From: Octopus sinensis
Taxonomy: Eukaryota
Assembly (NCBI RefSeq): GCF_006345805.1
Contig: NC_042999.1
Span: 155,930,001-155,994,000 of the forward strand
DNA length: 64,000 nucleotides
Direction: 5' to 3'
Shown: positions 38,966 to 53,459 of the stretch, piece after piece
Numbering within the stretch: the stretch's first letter is position 1
Layout of the letters: every line of letters begins with the position of its first letter
Notes under the pieces: model-generated
Told to the model about the DNA's origin: nothing
The model's input: the letters and a program-made list of their open reading frames with translations, nothing else
Database searches by the model: none
Position numbers and translations under genes: made by a program

Positions 38966-41289
38966 AGTGGCAGAGAATAGTGAATGTTTTATATTGAGGG
39001 GAGATCTAGAGATAAAGGGAAACCAGCCTTGGGTTTATTTCATTACACAAGTCTCTGGGTAATAAATGTCACTACCAGTTATATCTTTGTGACTGATCGC
39101 TCTGCATGTGTGTGTATGTGTGCGCATATGTGAGTGTGTGAGTATGTTTTTCTGAGTGCGTGTGTGTGTCAGTAAGTAGGTGGATGAGTTTTACGTGAGA
39201 GAGAGAGTGAGATAGGATTTTGTGCTATTTTTTTCTGTTTAGTATGGAGGCCATATTTAGGATTGTTTTTATTGTTATTTATATATTTTTTGTTATTATG
39301 TTGTCTGTAAAGAATTTCACTTCCCAGCCAGGAGGTTCTGGGTTCAGTCCTACAGTGTGGTGTTTTGAGTGGATGTCTTCTACTTGGGTTGGTCGATGCT
39401 TTGCGGGTGAATTGAGGAGAGGGAAACTGGAAAGTTTGTCAAACACACACACATGCATACAGATGCACTCACACATGCATGCAAACACAGGCACACATAT
39501 GCACACATGCACACACATGCACATATACAAATGTACACATACATGGATACATACATACACACACATGTATGCACACACATATGAACATCACAAGCACACA
39601 CACGTGCACACACGCATGCACATACATGTATATGCACACACATGCACATACATATGCTCACACATGCATATACACATGCACACACACATTCACACACATG
39701 CTTACGGACACATATGCACACAGACACACATACACACACATGCACACACCCACATTCACACACATTCCTCCTTAACTCTTTGGACACCCACTTACCTGAG
39801 ATCATTCCTGGTTTTATGATACATGCTACCTGTTTTGACCCTTCACCATTCATGCTGGCCATATCCAGCCCAAATATTCTACCTGTTTCATGTTGAAACT
39901 GATCAGATCTGGCCTCTCACACCTACCCTACAATGTCATTCTCAAAATAAACAATGACATCATTGAAATCTCAAAACAAGATAATGCATGAATAATTTAA
40001 GAACAAGATCGTTACCTGCGTCGCACGTGAAAAAACATTTGAGCAAAGTCGTTGCCAGTGCCACTGGACTGGCTCCTGTGCAGGTGGCACATAAAAAGCA
40101 CCATTTGAGCATGGCCATTGCCAGTACCGCCTGACTGGCCCTCGTGCTGGTGGCACGTAATAGCACCCACTACACTCTCAGAATGGCTGGCATTAGGAAG
40201 GGCATCCAGCTGTAGAAACTCTGCCAGATCAGATTGGAGTCTGGTGCAGCCATCTGGTTCACCAGACCTCAGTCAAATCGTCCAACTCATGCTAGCATGG
40301 AAAGCGGACGTTAAACAATGATGATGATGATGATGAACATATATAAGTAAGTATTACATTTGACAGTTTTATGAATGCTAAAGTGTTAAAGCAATCTAAA
40401 TTAAAACCGTCACTCAAAATTTATGCTCAAAATCTTTGTTTAATAATGAAAAATTTGTTTTAGTAAATTCTTCAGTATTTTCAAAATTAATTGAATCAAA
40501 AACAGAGTGGTTCAACAAAAAGTGGTAGCAGAAGAGTTAAACTGTTATTTGATATCTAAAACAGATCAATAACCTCTCGATGTTTTGATATCTGCTAATG
40601 GGTTCTTCCAGATCTTAATAGTTTCCACAGCAAATTGACAATCATAAACTATGATATGTGCTTAGTTGAGAATCATAACATTTTATCTTTACAAACAATA
40701 TTCATTAATAGTTTCTAATTAAGACACAAGGACAGCCATTTTGAGGGGAAATGGTCAGTCAATTGCTTTGACCCCCAATGTTTCACTGATTCTTTATTCT
40801 ATCAACTCCACTATGGTTGCAAAGTGAACTTCTTAACCACACCGCTATGTCTACTAGCAAAATTCTGTGTACTTTGGTGGTACTTTCTAAAACAACCTCC
40901 AAACTTTTTGAATGTTTTGTCCTACTTTTTGGGAAATCGATCTAGTAACCTGCACCTATTTCATTGATTTGATTGATTACCATCATTTGAATCGATCTAT
41001 AATTATGAATGACTCAAATGGGGCCTAATTATAACGTCTGGAATGTCTTGAATTAATCATATAGATTTTTCCAGATCACTGACCAAGTTTTATTATACTG
41101 GCTTCATTGGAGCAAAATGCAATAAAATTTTTCATAAAATTATTATACATACTTGAAGCAACTTTAGATTAAAATAACAGTGTCTGTACACACTTATAAT
41201 ATATATACAAATGTGGAATGACATTAGCTGTCATAATTTTTATCTGTGTGAAACTTTGCAAAGAGATTTGTATGTTATAAATATAGAAT

Positions 41290-41790
41290 TCTACTCAGAA
41301 TGCCCTTCCTAACATCAACCACTCCGAGAGTGTAGTGGGTACTCTTATGCACCACTGGCATAAGGGTCAGCCAGGTGGTACTGGCAGTGGCCACGCTCGA
41401 ATGGTGTTTTTTACATGCCACCGGCACAAGCGCCAGTAAGGTGACACTGGTAACAATCATGCTCAAATGGTGCTTTTTACGTGCCACTGACATGGGAGCC
41501 AGTCAGTGGCCCTGGTAATGATCATGCTCGGATGGTGCTCTAAATGTTCCACTAGCACGAATGCCAGTTAGGCGGTGCTGTCATCGGCCACATCAGCAAA
41601 TTTGATTTCGATTTCACTTGCCTCAAAAAGTCTTCGCAAGCAGAGTTTAGTGTCCAATGAAAGAAAGGTACGTATAAGTGGGCTGGTTACACCACTGGCA
41701 TAGGCCACAGGTTATGGTCTCACTTGGGTTGCTGGGACTTCTCAAGCACAGCATATTTCCAAACTAGTCATTGCCTCAATAAATGACGAT
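41290..41790 (-). mobile_element. RTE LINE 3' end/UTR copy
   Basis: Homologous to 7500-8078, including the ORF-terminal EAMT...LEK region. Confidence 0.75.
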
Positions 41791-41852
41791 GATGATAGCA
41801 ATGATGACAGCGATGATGACGATGACGATAACGATGACAATGATGATGATGG

Positions 41853-41891
<39 letters not shown>

Positions 41892-41925
41892 CGACGACGA
41901 CGATGATGATGATGATGATGATGAC

Positions 41926-42017
<92 letters not shown>

Positions 42018-42095
42018 CGACAACGACAACAATAACGATGACGACGACGACGACGACGATGATGATGAAGATGACGACGACGATGATGATGATAG
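41783..42095. repeat. (GAT/GAC)n tract
   Basis: Read directly. Confidence 0.95.
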
Positions 42096-43238
42096 ACCCA
42101 AATATTGGCTTCTTTGTTCAATTCCTTATTTTGAAAACTTCCCTACTTGAACTTTTAACTGTAAACATAAACATCATGTGGGGACTCATTATTTTCATTT
42201 CTTTTCCTCTTACCACGCAGCATTCTTTCCTTCCATCATCATCATCATCATCATTATCATTAATATCATTTTTATTAATCTTTATTAATTGTTTTTGAGA
42301 AGTCATCTTGATTACAAGCCAGTTATTCTCTCACATTAATCACTGGCTCACAGCTGTTGACTAGGATTATTAACGGTTCTCAAGGAAAAATAAAAGAAAA
42401 TTTTTGTTATAAGGAAATATATTACCGCATTGCCTTGGGTTTTCAACATAACTAGATTGGAATTAGTGATAATTGCAATTTTATAATGATAATTGCAATT
42501 GAACAATGATAACCATAATTCTAGCATCTTTCATTATAATTTTCTTTACTAGAGTTTAGCAGTTCTGGTAGATTATAAAATGAATATTTTATCGTTTATC
42601 TTTTTTTACTTGTTTCTGTCATTAGAATGTGGCCATGCTGGGGCACCACATTGAAGAACTTTTAGTCAAATGAATTGACCCCTGTACTTTTCTTTCCTTT
42701 TTAAGTCAGGTACTTATTCTATTGGTCTCTTTTGCTGAACTGCTAGGCTACAGGGATGTAAACACACCAACAACGGTTGTCAAGTGGTAGTAGTGGACAA
42801 ATGCAGGTACACACACACACACATGCATATATGTATGTATGTATTATATATAGACATGGCTGTGTGGTAAGAAGCTTGCTTCCCAACAACATGGCTCTAG
42901 GTTCAGTTTCGCTACATGGTACTACTAAAGCCTTGAGGTGACCAAAGCCTTGAGGTGACCAAAGCCTTGTAATTGGAATTGGTAGATGGAAACTGAAAGA
43001 AGCCTGTCGTATATATATATATATATATATGCATGTATTTGTGTGTCAGAGTTTGTCCCCGCCACCAACATTTGACAACCTATGTTGGTCTGTTTACATC
43101 CACATAACTGAGTGGTTCAGCAAAAGAGACCAATAGAATAAGTACTAGACTTACAAAGAATAAGTCTTGGGGTTGATTTGTTTGACTAAAGGTGATGCCA
43201 GCATGGCCACAGTCAAATGACTGAAACAAGTAAAAGAG

Positions 43239-43282
<44 letters not shown>

Positions 43283-43986
43283 TAAGAGATAGAACCTCCA
43301 TCAAAGTAATTCGATTAATAGTGAAAGCTATTATCTATAATAAAATATATTATCAATATTGTACTAAAAATTTCTATACTAAATAATAAACATTAATAAT
43401 ATACATTAAATCGACTACATGCATTTCGTGACGATATATTTAAATTGACAATATCAAAATTGATAATCTCAAAAATTAATATTAATTCAATCCTATGGTA
43501 CATAGCCACTCTTCAGGTCTAAATAACGTAAAATAAATTTACAACATAAAGGAAGACATTATTATTAAACTATACATTTAGAAATAATCGATAAATTTTA
43601 ACAATATTAAAGAAAAGTATTATATATATATAATGAAATGACAAGAAGGCAAAGAAAATTCTTTAGCAAACCTTTTATGATTCATTACACTTGTTTCTGT
43701 AGCAACCCTATTTGCAATGCCAGTTTGCACAAAAATTTGAAATGAAAATTTATGTAATTTTTGTGGTTTTAGACATTAGAGAGGCAGTTCACCAGGCATG
43801 CATCTAAGGTGTGCTGTCACATTGTATGTCTTCCAGTCCTTGGTTTTTGGTTTCTATCAGGAGGAAACAAAGAAATAAGTAAAAGTGTGGGTATAGGATG
43901 AGTAAGTGGGGTAGATATTATGTTGGGGGAGAGGGAATCAAGAGGAAGGTTATGCAGAAGGAGGGAAAATGAGTAGAAGACAAAAG

Positions 43987-44090
43987 TGAAGAAGAAGAAG
44001 AAGAAGAAGAAGAAGAAGAAGAAGAAGAAGAAGAAGAAGAAGAAGAAGAAGAAGAAGAAGAAGAAGAAGAAGAAGAAGAAGAAGAAGAAG
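43987..44090. repeat. Pure (GAA)n tract
   Basis: Read directly. Confidence 0.97.
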
Positions 44091-45430
44091 CTAAACAAAG
44101 ATAAATTAGGTAGACCATATATTGTAAATCGGTTTATCTTGGTGTATGCTTGTGGTCAGTCAGTACAAATGTATATATACATACAACAGGCTTCTTTCAG
44201 TTTCCATCGACCAAATTATCTCACAAGGTTTTGGTCAGCTTGAAGCCATAATAGAAGACACTTGCCCAAGGTGCCATGTAGTGGGACTGAACCCGGAACC
44301 ATGAGGTTGCTAAGCAAGCTTCTTACCATACAGTCACACCTGTGCCTATGATGGAGGTTCAGAAACAGATGCTCTTCTATAGAAGAGGTACATGGTTAGC
44401 CCAGCTGGAAAGGGAGAAAGGAGGGAGGAAACGGGGTATCTGGGCATACCCTCAAGTTACAAGGTAGATGTATGAGAGATTAGGGACTGAGGATTGAGGG
44501 AGAGTGGATGAGAGGGGAGCATTCATGAGAGTGTGAAAGGAAAGTGAAAGAAAGCTAAAGATGGTGGTAGGGTTAACGTTGTGAATACTGAGCATGATGG
44601 GAATGTTGAGCAATGAGGAATTTCTGTTTGTGGGCAAACGGTAAAGGTAAATAGGAGTGGTAAATAGGCATGAGTAAAGGTAAAAAGGATCAGTCTTAGG
44701 TACAGAATATAAAGATAAAATTCTGAAATGGTTTGACAACAATCAAATGGTTGCGAGATTCATCATGTTGTTTCTGGTGCTAACAATTAAAATAGGAATA
44801 AGATAGAATCTGTTATCAAATAGTCAAGATTTAGTTTCTCTCCTTAGAGCAGAGGTTGACCAACATCTTATATCATTGATTTCTTCATGGTGTTGCTGAT
44901 AACTTATTGACCCTCATCATATAAATTTCTAAAATATAATTAAAAAGTGTAATTAATACAAAACATCTTTATTTAGAAAGCAATAATTCCTTTGTTCATT
45001 CATGTTATCACTGGTTTTAATAAGAAATATTTAAAGAAATTTAATGAAAATACTTAGCAAAATTGAGAAAGAACTATAAAAATTCAGCAGTATTATGTTG
45101 GTAATGTCAGAATATTTAATGTGAAATTTGTGTTTGGTGAATACGAATTATTGCATCAATATTTGGCAAGAAATTAGTGAGTTTTAGCCTTAAATTACCC
45201 ACACTCTTCTAGGTTTAGTTTGCTAATGATTCTCCACCCTTACTACTCAAAGTTGTTTCAGGTGTTTATTGGCCCCTTGGATAGCTACAGAGAATTCTTT
45301 CCCCCTTGACCATTTTGCCAACTCTGCCTTGCTGTATAATGCAAATGCAGGAAGAAAATTCCAGTGTTTGTCATATACAAAACGCACTCAACACCAGAGC
45401 TGAAGACACCTCTGAAAGGGGGCTCCGTAC

Positions 45431-45506
45431 CATGTTGAAAACAGTTGAAGAATAGGGGCCAAAACTGGACATGGTTCCTCTTGATGATGTCCTTAACCAT
45501 TGGATC
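45431..45506 (-). CDS. Candidate internal exon (DPMVKDIIKRNHVQFWPLFFNCFQH), unknown gene
   Basis: Unique sequence, ctcctttatag acceptor, G|gtacgg donor, open frame. Protein not recognised. Confidence 0.25.
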
Positions 45507-46619
45507 CTATAAAGGAGCTGTTGAGGTAGCAAACCACAAAATGTGGTTGGAATTCCTCCTCACTTTAACCCTTTGCTATTCATTGTGTTGTAACAAAACT
45601 CATATTTATCTACATTAACTCTGCATGAATCCTCTGAGGCAAAGAAAAATAATACAAAAAGCTAGATTGAATCTTGTCTTATGATTTCCTGAAAACATTC
45701 AAACAGGGGTTTTTATATAGTGAAGACTATGAAACACAAGAAGGAATTTCCTGTAGCAGTTTTTTTTTTATTTTTTAATAGGGGTCAATGCCAAGTTGGA
45801 TATAAGAACAATTTTAATTTTAGGGTTTTCTGATACTGGATGGAAGTCAAGATAAAGCACTTGGGTTAGTTGGGTTAGCGTAATAATTAGTTAGGATAGT
45901 GGTCTGTTGGAGATATGGGTACAATATGCAACAGCTGGTGTGATTTGATACCGATATTTGAAAGCTGGAGTATCAAAGAGCAAATAAACATCTTTCATAG
46001 ATATTATTATTATTATCATTATTACTATTACTATTATTATTGCTGTTGTTGTTGTTGTTTTGACTGGTAAAACTAGAAAACAGGAGTCAGGCATTGAAAT
46101 CAGGCAAACAAGCTTGATTTTATTTATCAGATGAAAGTTCAAAATTGTTGACCTCTCCGCTACATTATTACTTAGCGCTACTTAAAAATATCTCAGAGAA
46201 ACAACCATTTTGCAACAGCAAATAACGGTTTCTTATATAGACATGAAACCTGATATATTTTAAGAGCTGGTGGTGGTAGTGGTGGTGGTGGTGGTAGTGT
46301 GGTGAGAAATTATGGTGTTTATGCCTTTCCAAGGACATTACCAACCTGGTGTATATATTGTTATATATCCAGGGAGTGCCATTGGTACACTGTTATATAA
46401 TTCCCTTTTGTTGAATGTCTTCTGCCCTATTCATGAATGTTTTACTGTATTGTTGTGGTTGAATACATGACATTTATATAATATAGTAAGTACAGACATA
46501 ACTGAGTGCTTTTAATAAGTTCATTTTGTAATCATGAGGTTCTGGGTTCAGTCCCACTGTGTGGCACCTTGGGCAAGTGTCTTCTACTATGGCCCCAGGC
46601 CAACCAAAGCATTGTGACT

Positions 46620-47036
46620 CTCTCTTTTACTCTTTTACTTGTTTCAGTCATTTTACTGCGGCCATGCTGGAGCACCACCTTTAGTCGAGCTAATCGACCC
46701 CAGGACTTATTCTTTGTAAGCCTAGTACTTATTCTACCGGTCTCTTTTGCTGAACCGCTAAGTTACAGGGACGTAAATACACCAGCATCAGTTGTCAAGC
46801 GATGTTGGGGAGGCCCAAAACACAGACACGCAAAAATATACATGCACACACACACACACACACATATATATACATATATACGACGGGCTTCTTTCAGTTC
46901 TGTCTACCAAATCCATTCACAAGGCTTTGGTCGGCCCAAGGCTATAGTAGAAGACACTTGCCCAAGGTGTCATGCAGTGGGACTGACGCCGGAACCATGT
47001 GGCTGGTAAGCAAGCTACTTACCACACAGCCACTTC
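46620..47036 (-). mobile_element. CORE-like SINE family A, full length
   Basis: Reverse complement of the family A consensus. Confidence 0.85.
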
Positions 47037-47140
47037 TATGCCTCGTATATGTAAATCCTTTGTTTATATAAGGGTATTTATGTCTTGATGGATGGAGGAC
47101 TTCTTTTGTTTATCCCACAGATCACTACACTGTGTGTGTG

Positions 47141-47175
<35 letters not shown>

Positions 47176-47393
47176 GTGCATGCATGCATATATGTGTGAA
47201 TATGTATGTGCACATGTGTATATGCACATGTAGATGCACACTATTACTGCAATGACTACAACTGCTACTGCTACCCCTGATACTACTACTACTATCAACA
47301 TTACCACCACCATCATCATCACTACTACAACTACTATTACTACAACTACCACCAACACCACCACCTCATCACTACTACTACTACCACCACCAT

Positions 47394-47473
<80 letters not shown>

Positions 47474-47959
47474 TAACTACTACTACTTATAAACTGTTGG
47501 GAAGTGGAGACATTCCCAGGCCATGATTCCTACAATGGTTATGTAACCACAATAACAACACTGTTCCCATCTTTAAGTCTTCACATTAAAAGAAACAGGT
47601 TTTTATTGTAAAAGCATTGTTGGTTCTTTTATGTTTTCAGGTTCCATTATTCTTCGTTATACATGCAAAGATGTGGCTGAATGGTAAGAAGTTTGCTGCC
47701 CAACCACATGGTTGCAGGTTCAGCCCTACTACGTGGAACCTTGGGCAAGTGTCTTCTACTATAGCCCTGGGCTGACCAAAGCCTCCTTGAGAGTGGATCT
47801 GGTAGACAGAAATTCAAAGAAGCCTATTGTGTGTGTGTATCTTTATCATCATCATCATCGTTTAACGCTCGTTTTCAATGCTGGCATGGGTTGGACGGTT
47901 TGACTGAGGTCTGAAGAGCCAGTGGTTGCTCCAAGCTCCAACCTGATCTGACAACATTT

Positions 47960-48880
47960 CTATAGTTGAATGAATATTTAAAATTCTTACACTTGTACAA
48001 ATTTTTTATTGGATTTCAAAAAATGATCAGTAGATTTGTTTGTCTTTTCTGATCTTTGGAACACCTGGAGCTGTTTATGTCCACCATAGAGTTGGGGAAG
48101 GTTATTATCTTGGATGTGTAGTCCGAACAAGCAAATTTGGAGGAGGAAGTGTATTAGTTTGGGGCTGCATGTTGTCCAAGAATGTTGTTCTCTTGTAAGG
48201 GCAGAATGAATTCCAACACTTACACTAGCATGTTAGATCAAGTTTATCAATTATCTGTTTCTTTATTACCCACAAGGGGCTAAACATAGCGAGGACAAAC
48301 AAGGACAGACAAACGGATTAAGTCGATCACATCGACCCCAGTGCGTAACTGGTACTTAATTTATCGACCCCGAAAGGATGAAAGGCAAAGTCGACCTTGG
48401 CGGAATTTGAACTCAGAACGAAGTTTATCAATTATCCTTAGCTAAAATTTTCAATGATAACATCCCAGATGATGTAACCTTTGAACAAGTCAATGCTCCA
48501 TGCCACACATCCAGATTCTTAATGGGCTGGTTTGAGGAGAAAGAGATGAGGCTCCTTCAGTCTCCAGACCTCAATCCCATTGAACATTTGTGGTGACACT
48601 TAGATACAAGAGTGAGAGTGCTCAAATGTTCTTCAAAAAGCGAATTAGAAGCCAAAATTCATGAAGGGTGGCAGAACATTGACCTGGTCACTTGTGCCAA
48701 CTTATTCTCAAGTATGCAAAAAAATGCATAAAAGTGGTTACAAAAGCAAAAAGAGGATACATCAAATACTTATCATTGATGGGATGAACTCTAGAATGTT
48801 TCAATTATTAAGTAAATGAGCTTCAATTATATTCTCTATAGTTTCATAACTTTTCCATAATTTTGGCCAAGGCTCCAAAT
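47960..48880 (+). mobile_element. Tc1-family transposase relic interrupted by a SINE
   Basis: KFGGGSVLVWGCM, NAPCHTS, SPDLNPIEHLW and GYIKY motifs. Confidence 0.85.
48256..48420 (-). mobile_element. 5'-truncated family B SINE with a 16-bp TSD
   Basis: aagtttatcaattatc duplicated at 48240-55 and 48421-36. Confidence 0.88.
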
Positions 48881-49189
48881 ACACGCATATCATCATCATC
48901 ATTATCATCAACACCATTTAATGTCCACTTTCTATGTTGGCATGGGTTGGATGGTTTGACTGAAAACTGGTGAGCTGGGGAGCTGCACCAGGCTCCAATC
49001 TGATTTGGCAAGGTTTCTACAGCTGGGTGCCCTTCCTAATGCTAACTACTCCAAGAGTATAGTGGGTGTTTTTTTACTTGCCACCGGCATGGGTGCCATT
49101 GATGTGACACCAGCATCAGCCATGACTATGATCTCACATGATTTGACAGTATATCTATATAATATATAAAGTGAGATCGCAGCCATGGC

Positions 49190-49775
49190 CAACACCAGTG
49201 GTGCATGTCTGACCCATTTAAAAGTACCTTTGTTGCATTGGGCAATATGATAAGCTTGAGAAGATCTGTTGAGTCAAGTAAGACCAAAATCATAGCTGTG
49301 GCCAGTGACCCCAGACTGGTACCCGTGCCAGTGGCCTGTAACATGTACCATCTGAATGTGGTTGATGCCAGTACCCTCTGACTGGCTCCCATGCTGGTGG
49401 CACATAAAAAGCACCATTTGAATGTGGTCGATGCCAGGTCCACCTGCCTGGCACCCATGCCGGTAGTATGTAAAAAGCACCATCCAAACGTAATCAATGC
49501 CAGTGCCCTGTGACTGGCTCCAGGGCCGGTGACATGTAAAAAGCACTATCTGAATGTGATCAGTGCCAGGGCTGTCTGACTGGCTCCTGTGCTGGTGGCA
49601 TGTAAAAAGCACCCACTAAACTCTTGGAGTGGTTTGTGTTAGGAAGGGCATTCAGCTGTTGAAACACTGCCAAATGAGATTGGACCCTGGTGCAGCTGCA
49701 GGCTCTCCAGACCTCAGTCAAATCATCCAACCTATGCCAGCATGGAAAATGGATGTCAAACAATGATAATGATGA

Positions 49776-49780
<5 letters not shown>
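49190..49780 (+). mobile_element. RTE 3' UTR copy with expanded internal repeats
   Basis: Several taaaaagcacc-containing units, then ggaagggcattcagc...atggaaaatggatgtcaaacaatgat. Confidence 0.7.
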
Positions 49781-49828
<48 letters not shown>

Positions 49829-49973
49829 TATGAGTTCAATAAGAGGTTAAATAATCTCATTAATGGATAATAATATCCAATGAGTTTATTGGTTTCCTAC
49901 CTACTATCTATTTTGAACATTAGATTTAATATTCAAAAAAAGGTAGTTAAGTAAACCGAGGTTTATATTTATT

Positions 49974-50368
49974 TAAGAAAAATAAGAAAATAGAGATAAA
50001 TCAAATAACAATTATATTTATTAATTACAAAAATAGACATAATCTCTGACAGCTGTTTCAATTCAAACTTTAAAAGTTAACTAAAATAATTAAATGATTA
50101 TAAAGTTGAATCTCGTTGAAGGTAGAAAAAAGATATACCATTACATTTTCGTATTTTTATGTGTTAAATGTACGGAACATTAACACATAAAAATACGAAA
50201 ATGTCATGGTATATCTTTTTTCTAGCTCCAGCGAGATTCAACTTTATAATCATTTAATTATTTTAATTAACTTTTAAAGTCTGAATTGAAACAGCTGTCA
50301 GAGATTATGTCTATTTTTTAATTAATAGATATAATTATTAATTGATTTATCTGTATTTTCTTATATTT

Positions 50369-50372
<4 letters not shown>
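49974..50372. repeat. Long AT-rich palindrome (about 195-bp arms)
   Basis: Arms pair around a 5-nt loop acgga at 50172-76. Confidence 0.9.
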
Positions 50373-50416
<44 letters not shown>

Positions 50417-51258
50417 TGTATGTATACATATATATAATTGTATAGGGTACAATTTTACTTAAGGGCACAAAAGCTCTTATGCCTATGTGCTGAAAGAACA
50501 CACCAGATACATCCTGCCACTTCCCTCAATGGATTATATATGCTGGCCACTAATAAAATTCATTAACTTTTCTCCTCTAATTATTATCATCATCATTTAA
50601 CATCCGTTTTCCATGCTAGAATGGGTTGGATGGTTTGACCAGGGTCTGGTAAGCCATGGAGGCTGCACCAGGCTCCAGTCTGGTTTGGCAGTGTTTCTAC
50701 AGCTGGATGCCCTTCCTAACGCCAACCACTCCATGAGTGTATTGGGTGATCTTTATGTGCCACCGGTACAAGGGCCAGGGGAGGCTGGCAAACGGCCATG
50801 ATCGGTTGGTGCTTTTACATGTCAACACTCATTGGTGATGTTCTGTACTTGATGTACTTTATATTTATTTATCAATAATCGAACACCATGCGGCCTTGTC
50901 CACAGTAAGCTTTTACTTTTATTCATAATTTCTGTGTTCCCTTTATAATTTTCCTTTGTGTGTGAGATGATGGTGGTGGTGACAGTGATTGGCATCATGA
51001 TGTTAGTGATGATGATCATGATAAAAATGATGATGATGATGATTTTGGTGATGAGGTCAATGATAGCAATGATGATGATGATGATGATGACAATGACAAT
51101 GAGGAGGAGGAGGAAGATGACGATGATGATGTCGACGACGACAACTGTACCAGTGCCAGTAATGACAAGAACAGAAGACAGAAGAAAGACATTTCAATAT
51201 TTTAATGATGTGACTCGAGTCTAGTTTGAGATATTTAGGAACAAACAAACAAACACAC

Positions 51259-51296
<38 letters not shown>

Positions 51297-51624
51297 GCAC
51301 ACATGCACAGACATACACATACATCCATATAGAAACATTTTTGAAGAGTTTCTTGTCACAATTCCAGATGTTACTGCGAGGGAATCGAGTACATTTGTTG
51401 CTTTTCAAAGTTGGATTGTTTCAAAGACTGGGGACATCAACTGTGAAGAGCATCCAGCCATAGCGAACCAGCCTCGATGATTTCCATCTGACCCAAGCAA
51501 GCATGGAAAAGTCGATGTTAAAATGACAATGATGATGATGATGGTGGTGGTGGTGGTGGCAGTGGTGGTGGTGGTGTGGTGGTGGTGGTGGTGGTGGTGA
51601 TGGTGGTGGTGGTGATGATTATGG

Positions 51625-51675
<51 letters not shown>

Positions 51676-51764
51676 CATATGTTTCTTTAGATTTATGTAA
51701 GTTTTTACTTCAGCAGAATTCAAACCAGCCACGAACTAAACAGCATATATACATATATAGACAT

Positions 51765-52175
51765 AGGAGTGGCTGTGTGGGAAGTAGCTTGCTTACCAAC
51801 AACATGGTTCTGGGTTCAGTCCCACTTCGTGGCACCTTGGGCAAGTGTTTTCTACTATAGCCTCAGGCCGACCAAAGCCTTGTGAGTGGTTTTGGTAGAC
51901 GGAAACTGAAAGAAGCCCGTTGTATATATGTATATATATGTATGTGTGTGTGTATATCTTTGTGTGTCTGTGTTTGTGCCCCCAACATCGCTTGACAACC
52001 GATGCTGGTGTGTTTACGTCCCTGTAACTTAGTAGTTCGGCAAAAGATACCGATAGCATAAGTACTAGGCTTACAAAGAATAAGTCATGTGGTTGATTTG
52101 CTCAACAAAGGCGGTGCTCCAGCATGGCCACAGTCAAATGACTGAAACAAGTAAAAGAGTAAAAGAGTAAAGAGT
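51765..52175 (+). mobile_element. CORE-like SINE family A, full length
   Basis: Matches the consensus. Further full or partial copies lie near 0.2, 1.2, 4.5/5.3, 19.2, 20.1, 26.0, 26.4, 42.6, 42.9, 44.2, 46.5, 47.7 and 57.8 kb. Confidence 0.85.
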
Positions 52176-52201
52176 ATATGTATGTATGTATGTACCAAAC
52201 C

Positions 52202-52526
52202 CGGGCACCAAACCATTAATCCATTAATCATTACCTAACAAAGTTAACATTTTCATTAACGATTTAACTTTTAAGCTAATTTTGGAAATCATTATCAGAC
52301 TAATTATCTTCTGTTTCAGTTAACTTCAATTGAACTGAAGTCAACGGATTTTATAGTTTTGGCACATTTTAAAGGTATTTTTAGGTGGTCTTAGAGCAAA
52401 AACTGTTTTTTTGTTTTCTCTATAATAATAATTAACGTTAATGGTTTATTGATAACTTCTGTTACATTAGGAAATAATTAACTGATTAATAGTTAATGAA
52501 GTTAACTTTTTGATTAATGGTGCCCA
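52202..52526. mobile_element. Possible hAT-type MITE
   Basis: Ends gggcacca...cattaa / ttaatggtgccc with many internal ttaac motifs. Confidence 0.4.
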
Positions 52527-52599
52527 CATTCAGTATGTATGTGTTTATGTATATATGTATGTATGTAAGTGTGTTTATATGTATGTAAGAGAGTGGACG

Positions 52600-53059
52600 G
52601 CCATCATGTATGTATGGATACATGTATGTATGTATAGATAGATGGATGGATGGATGTATGGGTGTATGTATAAATGTATCTATGTATGAATGGATAGATG
52701 GATGGTTGGATGTATGTATGAATGTATATATGTATGTATGTATGTATGTATGGATGGATGGATGGATGGATGGATGGATGGATGGATGAATGTATGTATG
52801 TATGTATGGCTGGCTGGCTGGCTGGATGAATGTATGTATGGATGGATGGATGGGTGGATGGATATATGTAAGAATGTATGTATGTATGTATGTATGTATG
52901 TATGGATGTATGGATGTATGGATGGATGGATGGATGGAGGGACAGATGGATGGTTAGATGGATGGATGTATCTATGAATATATATATATGTATGTATGGA
53001 AAGCGGACGCTAAACGATGATGATGATGATGATGATGATGATGTATGGATGGATGGATG

Positions 53060-53091
<32 letters not shown>

Positions 53092-53120
53092 GATGGAGGG
53101 ATGGATGGATGGATGGATGT
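52600..53120. repeat. Compound (ATGG)/(ATGT)n microsatellite
   Basis: Read directly. Many other (TA)n, (TG)n, (TATC)n, (ATAC)n, (AAT)n and (CAT)n tracts occur throughout the window. Confidence 0.95.
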
Positions 53121-53226
53121 TCTCTTTCTCTCTTTGCTTTAGTGTAAATTTTGACCAGCCTCCAACTTGGTAGCAAGATTGTGAAGGAAAGCATCTTGTT
53201 TTGACCATCATCTTTTAAATCTTCAG

Positions 53227-53339
53227 AACGTCTTGCAGATTTTTATCATCCCTGATATTGCGATCTTTGTAGCAGATGAATTAAGAATTTGCATCCTTTC
53301 CACAAGATCACAAGCTCAACCAAACTTTGCTCCAGATGG
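53227..53339 (+). CDS. Candidate exon (NVLQIFIIPDIAIFVADELRICILSTRSQAQPNFAPD)
   Basis: ttttaaatcttcag acceptor, TGG|gtcagt donor, open frame in unique sequence. Confidence 0.22.
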
Positions 53340-53459
53340 GTCAGTATGTATCCCATTGCTCCAATAATAACCAGTATGAAACTGGAAGTGTTATGTGGGT
53401 TACTGGTCTTGCACTCTCCTTATCAATGCCCCATAGATATTCTCTTGTATTTTTCTTGA

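Noticed and set aside
38294-38997. Poly-Pro/Gly/Thr/Val ORFs resembling extensin or formin
   Set aside because: Open in nearly all frames on both strands of a (GGT)n tract, with no unique coding flank.
41742-44243. Poly-Ser/Met/His/Lys/Phe ORFs
   Set aside because: Pure triplet microsatellites.
49330-49620. CRISPR-like look of recurring taaaaagcacc motifs at about 60-bp spacing
   Set aside because: The intervening segments are homologous to each other, the context is a eukaryotic LINE UTR, and there are no cas genes.
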